This document shows, piece after piece, positions 56,135 through 64,000 of a stretch of 64,000 nt of DNA (its first letter is position 1; the number at the start of each line of letters is the position of its first letter). The DNA is taken from NCBI GenBank assembly GCA_964627525.1, contig CAZVIA010000003.1, forward strand, positions 21,367 through 85,366, written 5' to 3'. The notes beneath the pieces are model-generated. The model had not been told where the DNA came from and did no database searches. It was given only the letters and a program-made list of their open reading frames with translations. Both the position numbers and the translations under genes were made by a program. Source of the DNA: an uncultured Gammaproteobacteria bacterium (GTDB taxonomy: Bacteria; Patescibacteriota; Patescibacteriia; Magasanikbacterales; JBBTQS01).

Positions 56135-56564
56135 AATACTTCCAAAGTGGTTGATCCTGACAATTTTGGGATTAGGATTGGTAGGATTTTTGGATACAGG
56201 ATATTTAACTGTGGCACACTTTTATGGTTTAGAAGTTGGGTGTGGTTTGATTCAAGGTTGTGACATTGTTTTGACTAGTAAGTATTCTGTGATTTTAGGA
56301 AAAATTCCAATGGCTTTGTTAGGGATGTTATTTTATTTAGGAGTTTTGATTTTTGCGTATAGTGCTCTTATAAATAAAAATAGTAAATGGCTATTGAGGT
56401 ATTGTTGGGTTTTGGTTTGTGGATGGATTTTTACATTATACTTGATTTATTTGCAAGTATTTGTGTTGCATCAGATCTGTCAGTACTGTATGCTTTCAGC
56501 AGTGACAAGTACATTATTATTTGCTTTTGCACTTGTTGCTTTAAATTTAAAAACATTTAAATAA
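56088..56564 (+). CDS. VKOR-family (DsbB-analogue) disulfide oxidoreductase
   Basis: Polytopic protein with a loop Cys pair (CGLIQGC) and a CQYC active site. Overlaps the DsbA-like gene by 47 bp. Confidence 0.65.
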   Translation: MQLLMKCWNNLWNRNKILPKWLILTILGLGLVGFLDTGYLTVAHFYGLEVGCGLIQGCDIVLTSKYSVILGKIPMALLGMLFYLGVLIFAYSALINKNSKWLLRYCWVLVCGWIFTLYLIYLQVFVLHQICQYCMLSAVTSTLLFAFALVALNLKTFK

Positions 56565-56578
56565 AACTCTAAATAAAT

Positions 56579-56995
56579 ATGGATTATCCATTATCAGATG
56601 ATATACAACAGAATCCTAAAATTTTGATGCAGCGTGCAGGTTATCATGAGTTTATTGACCCAAATACAGGTGAGACAAGTTATATTCGTCGTTTGACTAC
56701 TGAATTCTATCCGCGGTTTCATGTTTATGTTGATGAAACTCGTAAGGGTCGTGTGGTTTCTTTGCATATTGATCAAAAACATGCGTCTTATGCTGGTTCA
56801 AAAAAACATGCTGGGGAATATAGTGGTCCTATTGTTGAGGAAGAATTAGAACGAATTAAAGCTGTGATTAATGGAGAGATTTCCGGAAAAGCTGTTTTAA
56901 CAGGTGTTGAAGAAGTCAAAGATGAAGATGAAGTGGGTGGAGGGGTTTTGCCAAAAGATGGACCAGTTGATTTAAAGAAAAAGTTAGGATTATAA
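56579..56995 (+). CDS. hypothetical protein of 138 aa
   Basis: Clean ORF; no motif recognised. Confidence 0.4.
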   Translation: MDYPLSDDIQQNPKILMQRAGYHEFIDPNTGETSYIRRLTTEFYPRFHVYVDETRKGRVVSLHIDQKHASYAGSKKHAGEYSGPIVEEELERIKAVINGEISGKAVLTGVEEVKDEDEVGGGVLPKDGPVDLKKKLGL

Positions 56996-57033
56996 TTTAG
57001 GGATTAAGTAAGGGTTAAATTAAAACAAACCGC

Positions 57034-57756
57034 ATGGAATATTTCCTTGCCCCATTTCAAGCATTGGAGTATTTAAAAGAGCATAAAAAACTGTGGCGAT
57101 TTGTTGCATGGCCACTTGGAATTACAACAGTGGTTATGTTGTTGTCTTTGCGTTTTATTTATACTTGGGGCAAAGATACTATTTTTGGGTTTTTGGGGAT
57201 TGAAAGTGTTTGGGCTGCAGTGATTTTATTTATAGGAACAGTTGGTTTGTTGTTTATATCTTTTTATGTTTTTGTTTTTTTCTTAAACATGGTTTCTGGG
57301 CCTTTTAATGAAATTTTGTCTGAAAAAATTGAGGACTATGAAGATGGTGAGTTAGATTCTGGTTCTGGGTTTGGGAAAAAATTTAATTTAAAAAATCTTG
57401 GGCGCGAATATCTTCATACAATTACAACTGAAGTTACCCGCTTGGTTATTTTTGCAGTTGTGTCCTTTGTTGTGTTTATGGTTTCTCTAGCTTCAGCAGG
57501 TGTATTTTTTGCTTTGCTAAATGGGGGAGTGGCTTTGTTTTTTATGGTTTTTGAATTTGTTGATTATACTTTGGGACGCAAAAATTATAGTTTTGGGACA
57601 AAGGTAAAATTTATTTTTAAAAATGCCGGGCCGTTTGCTTTGTATGGGTTGGGGTTGTGGGTGTTTTTAATGATTCCTATTTTAAATTTTTTGTTTATTC
57701 CGGTTGCAGTTGTTTCAGCAACTCGCTTGAGTTTGAAGTTTTTGCCGAAAAAATAA
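57034..57756 (+). CDS. polytopic membrane protein (EI24/CysZ-like, putative)
   Basis: Four or five TM helices. Confidence 0.35.
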   Translation: MEYFLAPFQALEYLKEHKKLWRFVAWPLGITTVVMLLSLRFIYTWGKDTIFGFLGIESVWAAVILFIGTVGLLFISFYVFVFFLNMVSGPFNEILSEKIEDYEDGELDSGSGFGKKFNLKNLGREYLHTITTEVTRLVIFAVVSFVVFMVSLASAGVFFALLNGGVALFFMVFEFVDYTLGRKNYSFGTKVKFIFKNAGPFALYGLGLWVFLMIPILNFLFIPVAVVSATRLSLKFLPKK

Positions 57757-57795
57757 AGACTTGTCAAGTTAACAAAAAAAACGTAGTGTTAACAC

Positions 57796-59571
57796 ATGAC
57801 AGACACATCACAAATTAAAGAAAGAATAGATGTTGTAGATTTTTTGTCTGAATATCTTCAGCTAAAACAGGCAGGTGCAAATTGGAAAGGCAACTGTCCT
57901 TTTCATAATGAAAAAACCCCATCATTTATGGTGAGTCGCGAAAAGCAGATGTGGCATTGTTTTGGTTGTGGTAAGGGTGGTGATATTTTTGAGTTTTTAA
58001 TGGAAATGGAAGGAATGGAATTTGTTGAAGCTCTTAAGGTTTTGGCAGAGCGCGCTGGTATTGAGATTAGTTTTTCTGGTGGTGGTTCAGGAGTTTCAGC
58101 AGATAAAAAAACTCGGTTGCGTGAAATTAATTCTTTGGCTACGAAGTTTTTTCAAAAAGTTTTAAAAGAATCTTCAGCTTCAGTTGAGGCGCGGACATAT
58201 TTGGAAAATCGCGGAGTGTCACAAGAAATGATTGAACAATTTCAAGTTGGTTTTATTCCAGAATTAAGTTGGACAGTTTTGACGGATTTTTTGGTGAAGA
58301 AAAAAGGTTTTGGGATTGAAGAGTGTTATGAAGCTGGCACAACAAAACGTTCACAGCAGGGGAGGTATTTTGATTCATTTCGTGGGCGTGTGATGTTTCC
58401 GATTTTTGATGTGCATAATTCTGTTGTTGGTTTTACTGGTCGTTTGTTAAAAGAAAAAGAAGGTGTTGGAAAATATATTAACACTCCGGAAACTCCTTTG
58501 TTTGATAAAAGTCGTTTAGTGTATGGTTTGAATTTTGCAAAACAAGAAGCAAAGCAAAAAGGTTATTTGGTTGTGGCTGAAGGTCAGTTGGATGTAATTT
58601 CTGCACATCAAATTGGTATGACAAATGTTGTGGCTGCATCTGGAACTGCTTTAACTCAACATCATATTCAAATTTTAAAAAGATATGTCCCGCAAATTCG
58701 TGTGGCATTTGATTCTGATTCAGCAGGGGAGCGTGCGGCAAAAAGAGGAATTGATTTGGCTTTAGAAGCTGGGTTGGATGTAAAAGTAATTACAATTCCT
58801 CCAGATGCTGGTGATGATCCAGATGATTGTATTCAAAAAAATCCACAAGTGTGGCGCGATGCAGTTGAAAATGCTGAACCTGTTTTTGATTATTATATAA
58901 ATAGGTATGTTACTTCAGAAGTTCGTGGCAATTCACAAAAATTAAAACAAGTAAGTGATTTGTTAGCAGATGAATTGTCTCGTGTTGGTGATCCAGTTGT
59001 TGCAGATTTTTGGGCGCAAAAAATTAGTGGAGCTTTGGGTACAAGTGTTGAAAGTGTAAAAAATAAAGCTGTGCAAATGTCTGCACAAAAAAATAAATAT
59101 TCTCGTCAAGATAGTGGTGCGCCAAATGGTGCGCCGTCAGAAGTTTTTCAGGAGAAAAAAGTTTTATCAAGAGCTGAAAAATTATCACAATATATAATGT
59201 GTATTTTTGTGAAAATGCCTGAATTAACAAAAGAATGTGCTGTGGATCCATTGCAATTGGCGAGTGAACAAGATCGTTTGCTTTACAGTTTTTTAACAAA
59301 TGATTATAATGAACAACATGGAGATAGTTCTATCTCGTCTTATAAAGAGGTAATTGAACTTCTCGCTTCAGAGAAGTTATTTGGTTTTTCTGAAAAGGAA
59401 ATCAAGCAAGAGTTACAAACCGCGATCGCCGAACTTGCCAAGTTATGGCAAAAGCAACAGCAACAAGTTTTGCTGTTTGAAATTAAACAGGCGGAGGAAC
59501 GTGGAGACAATACTCTTGCAGCAGAATTAACTCAAAAATATCACGAGCTGACCAAAGGTAATTATGCCTAA
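57796..59571 (+). CDS. dnaG: DNA primase
   Basis: [11 protein letters not shown] zinc ribbon and TOPRIM ([17 protein letters not shown]). Confidence 0.9.
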   Translation: MTDTSQIKERIDVVDFLSEYLQLKQAGANWKGNCPFHNEKTPSFMVSREKQMWHCFGCGKGGDIFEFLMEMEGMEFVEALKVLAERAGIEISFSGGGSGVSADKKTRLREINSLATKFFQKVLKESSASVEARTYLENRGVSQEMIEQFQVGFIPELSWTVLTDFLVKKKGFGIEECYEAGTTKRSQQGRYFDSFRGRVMFPIFDVHNSVVGFTGRLLKEKEGVGKYINTPETPLFDKSRLVYGLNFAKQEAKQKGYLVVAEGQLDVISAHQIGMTNVVAASGTALTQHHIQILKRYVPQIRVAFDSDSAGERAAKRGIDLALEAGLDVKVITIPPDAGDDPDDCIQKNPQVWRDAVENAEPVFDYYINRYVTSEVRGNSQKLKQVSDLLADELSRVGDPVVADFWAQKISGALGTSVESVKNKAVQMSAQKNKYSRQDSGAPNGAPSEVFQEKKVLSRAEKLSQYIMCIFVKMPELTKECAVDPLQLASEQDRLLYSFLTNDYNEQHGDSSISSYKEVIELLASEKLFGFSEKEIKQELQTAIAELAKLWQKQQQQVLLFEIKQAEERGDNTLAAELTQKYHELTKGNYA

Positions 59572-60949
59572 GAAAAAACCTACTACAAAAGTGCGCAAAA
59601 AAGTTGCGCCAAAAAAATCTGTTGCACAAGTTAAAGTTAAGTCAAAACCTAAAACTAAATTAAAGTCCGCAAAATCTGTTTCTAAAAAAACTACTTCTAA
59701 AAAAGTAGTTGTTAAGCGCGGAAAGGTTTTGAAAAAAAGTGCAAAAGTTGATAAAAAAGTTTTGAAAAAGTCCGGGAAAAAATCTGGGAAAAAAGTTTTG
59801 AAAAAATCCACAAAACATGCGCCAAAAAAACGTGGGCGTAGACCTTTTATTCCACCTCCAATAGTTTATGAAGTGGAAATGATTTTGCGTAAAGCTAAGA
59901 CGCGTGGATTTTTAACTGAAACAGAAGTTTTGCATATTTTTCCTGAAGTGGAAGAGCATGTACATTATTATGAAGGGTTTTTAAATGAATTGGAAAAGCG
60001 TGGTTTGTCTATTGTTGAAATGAAAGAGGGGTTGTTGGGTCAGATAGATCATAAACAAGATGTGCGTGATGAGTTTCATATTGAGAAAATTACAGACATG
60101 GCGAAGGCATTTAATTTTACGGATATTTCTGCGGATTCAATTCAAATGTATTTGCGTGAGATTGGAAAGATTCCTTTGTTAAATGCTGAACAAGAAGTTG
60201 CTTTGGCAAAGCGTAAAGAGAAAATGGATCGTTTGGCAGAAATGGCTTTGATTGTGGCAAACTTGCGTTTGGTTGTTTCAATTGCCAAAAAATTTGTGGG
60301 AAAAAATTTGACTTTACTTGATTTAATTCAAGAAGGAAATATTGGTTTGTTCCGTGCAGTGAAAAAATTTGAATATCGTAAAGGGTATAAGTTTTCAACA
60401 TATGCAACTTGGTGGATTCGGCAGGCGATTACACGTGCTTTGGCAGATCAGTCGCGAACAATTAGAATTCCAGTGCATATGGTTGAGACTATTAATAAGT
60501 TTATGCAGATTCAGCGAAGGTTGTTGCAGGATTTGGGACGTGATCCAACTCCAGAGGAAATTGCGGCTGAAATGGGACAGGATGTGAAAAAAGTTCGGCA
60601 CATTATTAAGATTTCGCAGGATACTGTTTCGCTTGAGGTTTCTGTTGGGGAAGATGACGATGATTCAAGTTTACAAGACTTTATTGAGGATGTAAAAAAT
60701 GTTACGCCAGATCGTGCGGCAGCGTTGGAGTTGTTGGGAGATTATGTGCGTGATGCAATTGTGGATTTGGCTCCGCGTGAGCAAAAGATTTTGGAGATGC
60801 GTTTTGGTTTGAAAGATGGAATTGCGCATACTTTGGAAGAAGTTGGTCGTGAGTTTGATGTGACTCGTGAACGTATTAGGCAGATTGAGGCAAAAGCTTT
60901 GGAGAAAATTCAAGCAATGCCGATTATTGAGAAGTTGCGGGATTACTAA
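59564..60949 (+). CDS. rpoD: RNA polymerase primary sigma factor with a lysine-rich N-terminal extension
   Basis: Region 2 ([39 protein letters not shown]), region 3 and region 4. Overlaps dnaG by 8 bp. Confidence 0.9.
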   Translation: MPKKKPTTKVRKKVAPKKSVAQVKVKSKPKTKLKSAKSVSKKTTSKKVVVKRGKVLKKSAKVDKKVLKKSGKKSGKKVLKKSTKHAPKKRGRRPFIPPPIVYEVEMILRKAKTRGFLTETEVLHIFPEVEEHVHYYEGFLNELEKRGLSIVEMKEGLLGQIDHKQDVRDEFHIEKITDMAKAFNFTDISADSIQMYLREIGKIPLLNAEQEVALAKRKEKMDRLAEMALIVANLRLVVSIAKKFVGKNLTLLDLIQEGNIGLFRAVKKFEYRKGYKFSTYATWWIRQAITRALADQSRTIRIPVHMVETINKFMQIQRRLLQDLGRDPTPEEIAAEMGQDVKKVRHIIKISQDTVSLEVSVGEDDDDSSLQDFIEDVKNVTPDRAAALELLGDYVRDAIVDLAPREQKILEMRFGLKDGIAHTLEEVGREFDVTRERIRQIEAKALEKIQAMPIIEKLRDY

Positions 60950-61000
60950 TTTGTTTGTTTTTTTTGTTTCGGATTTTTTAGGTGTTTTTTAGGATTTTGT

Positions 61001-61028
61001 TTGACAAATTTCAAAAAGAGCGTACAAT
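61001..61028 (+). promoter_or_regulatory. sigma70 promoter, TTGACA-16-TACAAT, for tRNA-Asn
   Basis: TTGACA at 61001-61006 and TACAAT at 61023-61028. A hairpin plus T-run that may terminate rpoD overlaps it. Confidence 0.45.
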
Positions 61029-61058
61029 ATGAGTGCGTTCTTTTTAATAATAAAAAAT

Positions 61059-61133
61059 TCCGGGGTAGCTCAGCGGTAGAGCAGTTGGCTGTTAACCAAT
61101 TGGCCGCCGGTTCGAATCCGGCCCCCGGAGCCA
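61059..61133 (+). tRNA. tRNA-Asn (anticodon GUU)
   Basis: Acceptor TCCGGGG/CCCCGGA, anticodon loop CTGTTAA, T-arm GGTTCGAATCC, encoded CCA. Confidence 0.9.
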
Positions 61134-61201
61134 ATATAAAAAATCACCAAAAGTGTTTTTTTATTGATATATGGTATAGTAAGACAATTTAAAAAGTTTA
61201 T

Positions 61202-61639
61202 TTGTTAAATATGACTAGGCGAAATAAATTTTATATACTTTTGATTATAATTGTTTTTGTGGTTGGGATTATTTTAGCTACACCGTTTTTATTGTTTGGT
61301 TATGTGCGTTTTATGAATAAACTTGTTGTTCATCCTGTTCCTGTTGAGTTGCTTAATCCTGCAGAGCGTGGATTTTTCTCCTCATTGGATGTTATAGAAG
61401 GATTTGATTACCGTCAGTTTGCAACATGCAGGTTTGCATATTGTGAGTATAATACCAGTGCTTCACCTCGTAACGCAGAAGCTGTAGTGATTTATAGAGA
61501 TAATAATAAATTGCATGATCGTAGTTTTGGGAGAGTTCTTGAGGTTTTGGATGGTGGATACAGAATTTCTTATGTGAATGAGCGGGGTGAAATAGAAGAA
61601 CGTGTGATTAAGCGTGAATGGGTTTTGGGTAAGGACTAG
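61202..61639 (+). CDS. hypothetical membrane-anchored protein of 145 aa
   Basis: N-terminal TM helix. Confidence 0.4.
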   Translation: MLNMTRRNKFYILLIIIVFVVGIILATPFLLFGYVRFMNKLVVHPVPVELLNPAERGFFSSLDVIEGFDYRQFATCRFAYCEYNTSASPRNAEAVVIYRDNNKLHDRSFGRVLEVLDGGYRISYVNERGEIEERVIKREWVLGKD

Positions 61640-61647
61640 CAAAATCT

Positions 61648-62451
61648 ATGAAAAAATCTAAAAAATTCAAAAGATCAAAAATTGGTCTGGCTCTGGGAAG
61701 TGGTGGTTCAAAAGGTTTGGCGCATATTGGTGTGATAAAAGTTTTGGAAAAAAATAATATTCCAATTGATTATATTGCCGGCTCAAGTATTGGGGCTATG
61801 GTTGGTGGTTATTATGCAGCTACAAAAAATCTTAAGGAAATGGAAAAAATTGCCATGGGTACTGATTGGAAATTGTTGTTGTCTTTGATTGATCCTTCTG
61901 TGCGTCAAGGTTTGGTTGGTGGTAAAAAAATGGAAAAATTTATGCTGAGCCACATCGGCAAAATAAATTTTAAGGATTTACAAATACCTTTTTCAGTGGC
62001 AGCAACTGATTTAAAAAGTGGTGATGCTGTTGTTTTAAATAAAGGCGATGTTGTTTCTGCGGTTAGGGCAAGTATTTCATATCCTTTGTTTTTAAAACCT
62101 GTGGAATGGAAAAATAAATTATTAACAGACGGTGGTCTGTCTTTACCAGTGCCAGTTGATGTTGTGAGAGAGATGGGGGCAGACATAATAATTGCGGTGA
62201 ATTTAGATGCAAATTATTTTAATGATACTGGTACAAAAAACTCAAAATTTGGTTTTTATAAAATCGCAAACAACTCAATCAATGTTTTGCGTCATCATCT
62301 TGCTTCTTGGAATATTTTAAGTGCTGATGTTGTAGTTGAGCCACAAACAGGTGATATTCATTTAAAAAAACTTGTTGATGGTGAAGATGTAATTTTGGCA
62401 GGTGAAAAAGCAATGAAAGTTCAGATGGTCCGATTAAAAAAATTATTATAA
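61648..62451 (+). CDS. patatin-like phospholipase
   Basis: GSGGSKG oxyanion motif, the GSSIGA GxSxG nucleophile, and a catalytic DGG. Confidence 0.8.
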   Translation: MKKSKKFKRSKIGLALGSGGSKGLAHIGVIKVLEKNNIPIDYIAGSSIGAMVGGYYAATKNLKEMEKIAMGTDWKLLLSLIDPSVRQGLVGGKKMEKFMLSHIGKINFKDLQIPFSVAATDLKSGDAVVLNKGDVVSAVRASISYPLFLKPVEWKNKLLTDGGLSLPVPVDVVREMGADIIIAVNLDANYFNDTGTKNSKFGFYKIANNSINVLRHHLASWNILSADVVVEPQTGDIHLKKLVDGEDVILAGEKAMKVQMVRLKKLL

Positions 62452-62549
62452 AGTTTTAAAGTAAAAATTTCTGCGCGCAAAGCCCCAGACTTGACAATTT
62501 TGTTTAAATTTGATTAGCTTGTCATAACCTTTGGGCTAAGGGGGGTAGA

Positions 62550-63113
62550 ATGGACATTCTAAGATGGTGGGGCGGTTTGTTCTACTTGTTTAACAAGGTT
62601 TTCTTGTGGAGAATGATCCGTGTACTGGATTCGAACAAGAAAAAGTGGCAGATATCTGCTTGGTTAATTTACCTTTTGGGTTTGCCTCCCTGGTTGGTGC
62701 TTTTTGCGTTCAAAAGTGAGTGGATAGTTTTCTGTGTTGAGCTAGGTGGTGCACCATCAATGGCACTTGGTTTGATCATTGGAATTCGTGGAAAAGGCAA
62801 AGAACCAAAATGGATGAATCTAATTGCATACATTGGTGTTGTAATTGGGATTGTCTTGAGTGTTTATCATGTTGGATTTTTTACTAAATTCACCCAAGGA
62901 CTTGAGCTAATGGTTTCTATTGGATTTCTTGTGGGTACAATATTGCTCGCAAAAAAGAATTTTAATGGATTCATTTGCTACATGTTCATGAATGCTGCAA
63001 TGGGCACATTGTTGGTTGTAGACGGAGAATGGTTGCTTGCAGTTCAGCAAGCAATATCAATTTGTTTTGTTTTCGACAGCTACAGGGTTTACAAAAAAAT
63101 CCAATCGGGCTAA
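62550..63113 (+). CDS. hypothetical polytopic membrane protein
   Basis: Five or six TM helices. Confidence 0.4.
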   Translation: MDILRWWGGLFYLFNKVFLWRMIRVLDSNKKKWQISAWLIYLLGLPPWLVLFAFKSEWIVFCVELGGAPSMALGLIIGIRGKGKEPKWMNLIAYIGVVIGIVLSVYHVGFFTKFTQGLELMVSIGFLVGTILLAKKNFNGFICYMFMNAAMGTLLVVDGEWLLAVQQAISICFVFDSYRVYKKIQSG

Positions 63114-63123
63114 GGGAGGGGAA

Positions 63124-63402
63124 ATGAACTCAGAGCAGCAAGACAATTACACTCGATTCTTGGGTGCTGTTAGAGAAAAATGGAGGGAGGACAAGTTCCT
63201 TGATCGTATGGCAAGGTTGTTAAAACAACCTAGGGACAAGATAAATCTTCAAACAAGGGTTTCTCTTGAGCTGGTTGAGGCGGTAATCAATGATTTGACT
63301 TGGCATGGTTGCTCAATTGATCGAGGGTTATTGCCAAAGGGTCGATCTCCTACACTTGGGGAAATTCGAGATATCTTTAGCTATCATTCTGGAGGCGATT
63401 GA
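63124..63402 (+). CDS. hypothetical protein of about 92 aa, GC-rich (about 47%)
   Basis: Strong SD AGGGAGGGG 5 nt upstream of the ATG at 63124. The track ORF starts upstream at a TTG codon. Confidence 0.4.
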   Translation: MNSEQQDNYTRFLGAVREKWREDKFLDRMARLLKQPRDKINLQTRVSLELVEAVINDLTWHGCSIDRGLLPKGRSPTLGEIRDIFSYHSGGD

Positions 63403-63515
63403 TATTTTGTGTGGATTGACACAACATATTTCAGTGTGTGGACAAAATTGTCCATGCGCTGTTTTTTTATGTTATAATTTTTTTAGAATAAAATATTTGG
63501 CCACAATTAAAAAGT

Positions 63516-63905
63516 ATGCAAAAAATTAAGGAGGCTCCAAAACCAATGCGTTTGTTTTATTTTTGGATTGGTCTTATAGCAACATTTGCATACCGCGTTA
63601 TTATTGTTTTAAATTTTTTTGAACCAATTTGGGTTAAGGTTGCGTGGTATGTTGGTACAATAGGTTTTATTTTTTATTTTTGGAGCCGATATTCTGTTGT
63701 AAAACAATTTGATTTTTTGATTGAAAAATATAAGTTGGTGAGTGCAGTTAAAAAAGCATCTGGTATTTCAAAAGATCAAAAAACAGCACTCTCACACATT
63801 GTTAAAACTCTTGATAAAACCAAAGCTCAAATAAATTATGTGGCGATTTTTATTTTGTCAGCAATAGCTTTGATTGCAGGAATAATTTTGGATTTTTTAG
63901 TTTAA
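63516..63905 (+). CDS. hypothetical membrane protein of 129 aa
   Basis: Three TM helices. Confidence 0.4.
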   Translation: MQKIKEAPKPMRLFYFWIGLIATFAYRVIIVLNFFEPIWVKVAWYVGTIGFIFYFWSRYSVVKQFDFLIEKYKLVSAVKKASGISKDQKTALSHIVKTLDKTKAQINYVAIFILSAIALIAGIILDFLV

Positions 63906-64000
63906 ATTTTAGGTAGTCGTAAAAATTTTTACAAACCAAAAACCGAGCAAATGCACGGTCCTTGTTTGGTTTTTGTTGTGGTGGGGGAACTTACTTTTTT

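Noticed and set aside
1-64000. CRISPR arrays
   Set aside because: There are no regularly spaced short direct repeats with unique spacers. The only multi-copy repeat is the 38-bp junction repeat, which is spaced 200-1600 bp apart.

Overview
This is an AT-rich (about one third GC) bacterial chromosome segment with compact gene arrangement and short overlaps. The gene content is consistent with a small-genome, CPR/Patescibacteria-like anaerobe; that attribution is inference only. Recognisable content: an [FeFe]-hydrogenase HydA plus a NuoF-like fragment, type IV pilus genes (pilM, pilin, pilD) and a VirB4-like ATPase. Housekeeping genes recognised are typA, greA, a DEAD-box helicase, valS, cysS, dnaX, ligA, gatCA, lgt, dnaG-rpoD and corA. 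Three tRNAs are present (Gln-CUG, Ser-GGA, Asn-GUU).

Three things stand out.

1. At about 14.8-22.1 kb lies an accessory array of gene units separated by a conserved 38-bp repeat containing a TTCAC-N4-GTGAA palindrome, present in six copies. It includes an exact 1218-bp tandem duplication that carries a zinc-ribbon gene and a J-domain (DnaJ-like) gene.

2. At about 25.6-33.8 kb lies an integrative element ending in a large serine recombinase whose 3' end overlaps tRNA-Gln. Its cargo is an M.EcoRI-family adenine methyltransferase translationally coupled to a DUF262+HNH nuclease, together with phage-like P-loop and small genes.

3. Several sharply GC-rich islets interrupt the AT-rich background. 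Some are small genes with near-consensus promoters, strong Shine-Dalgarno (SD) sequences and terminators. Others are non-coding and likely structured RNAs, at 27.92-28.03, 40.7-41.27 and 54.96-55.42 kb.

A RelE/Phd toxin-antitoxin pair, a tandem LOG-LOG fusion protein, a DsbA/VKOR pair and a patatin-like phospholipase are also present. All coordinates come from manual reading and may be off by a few bases.
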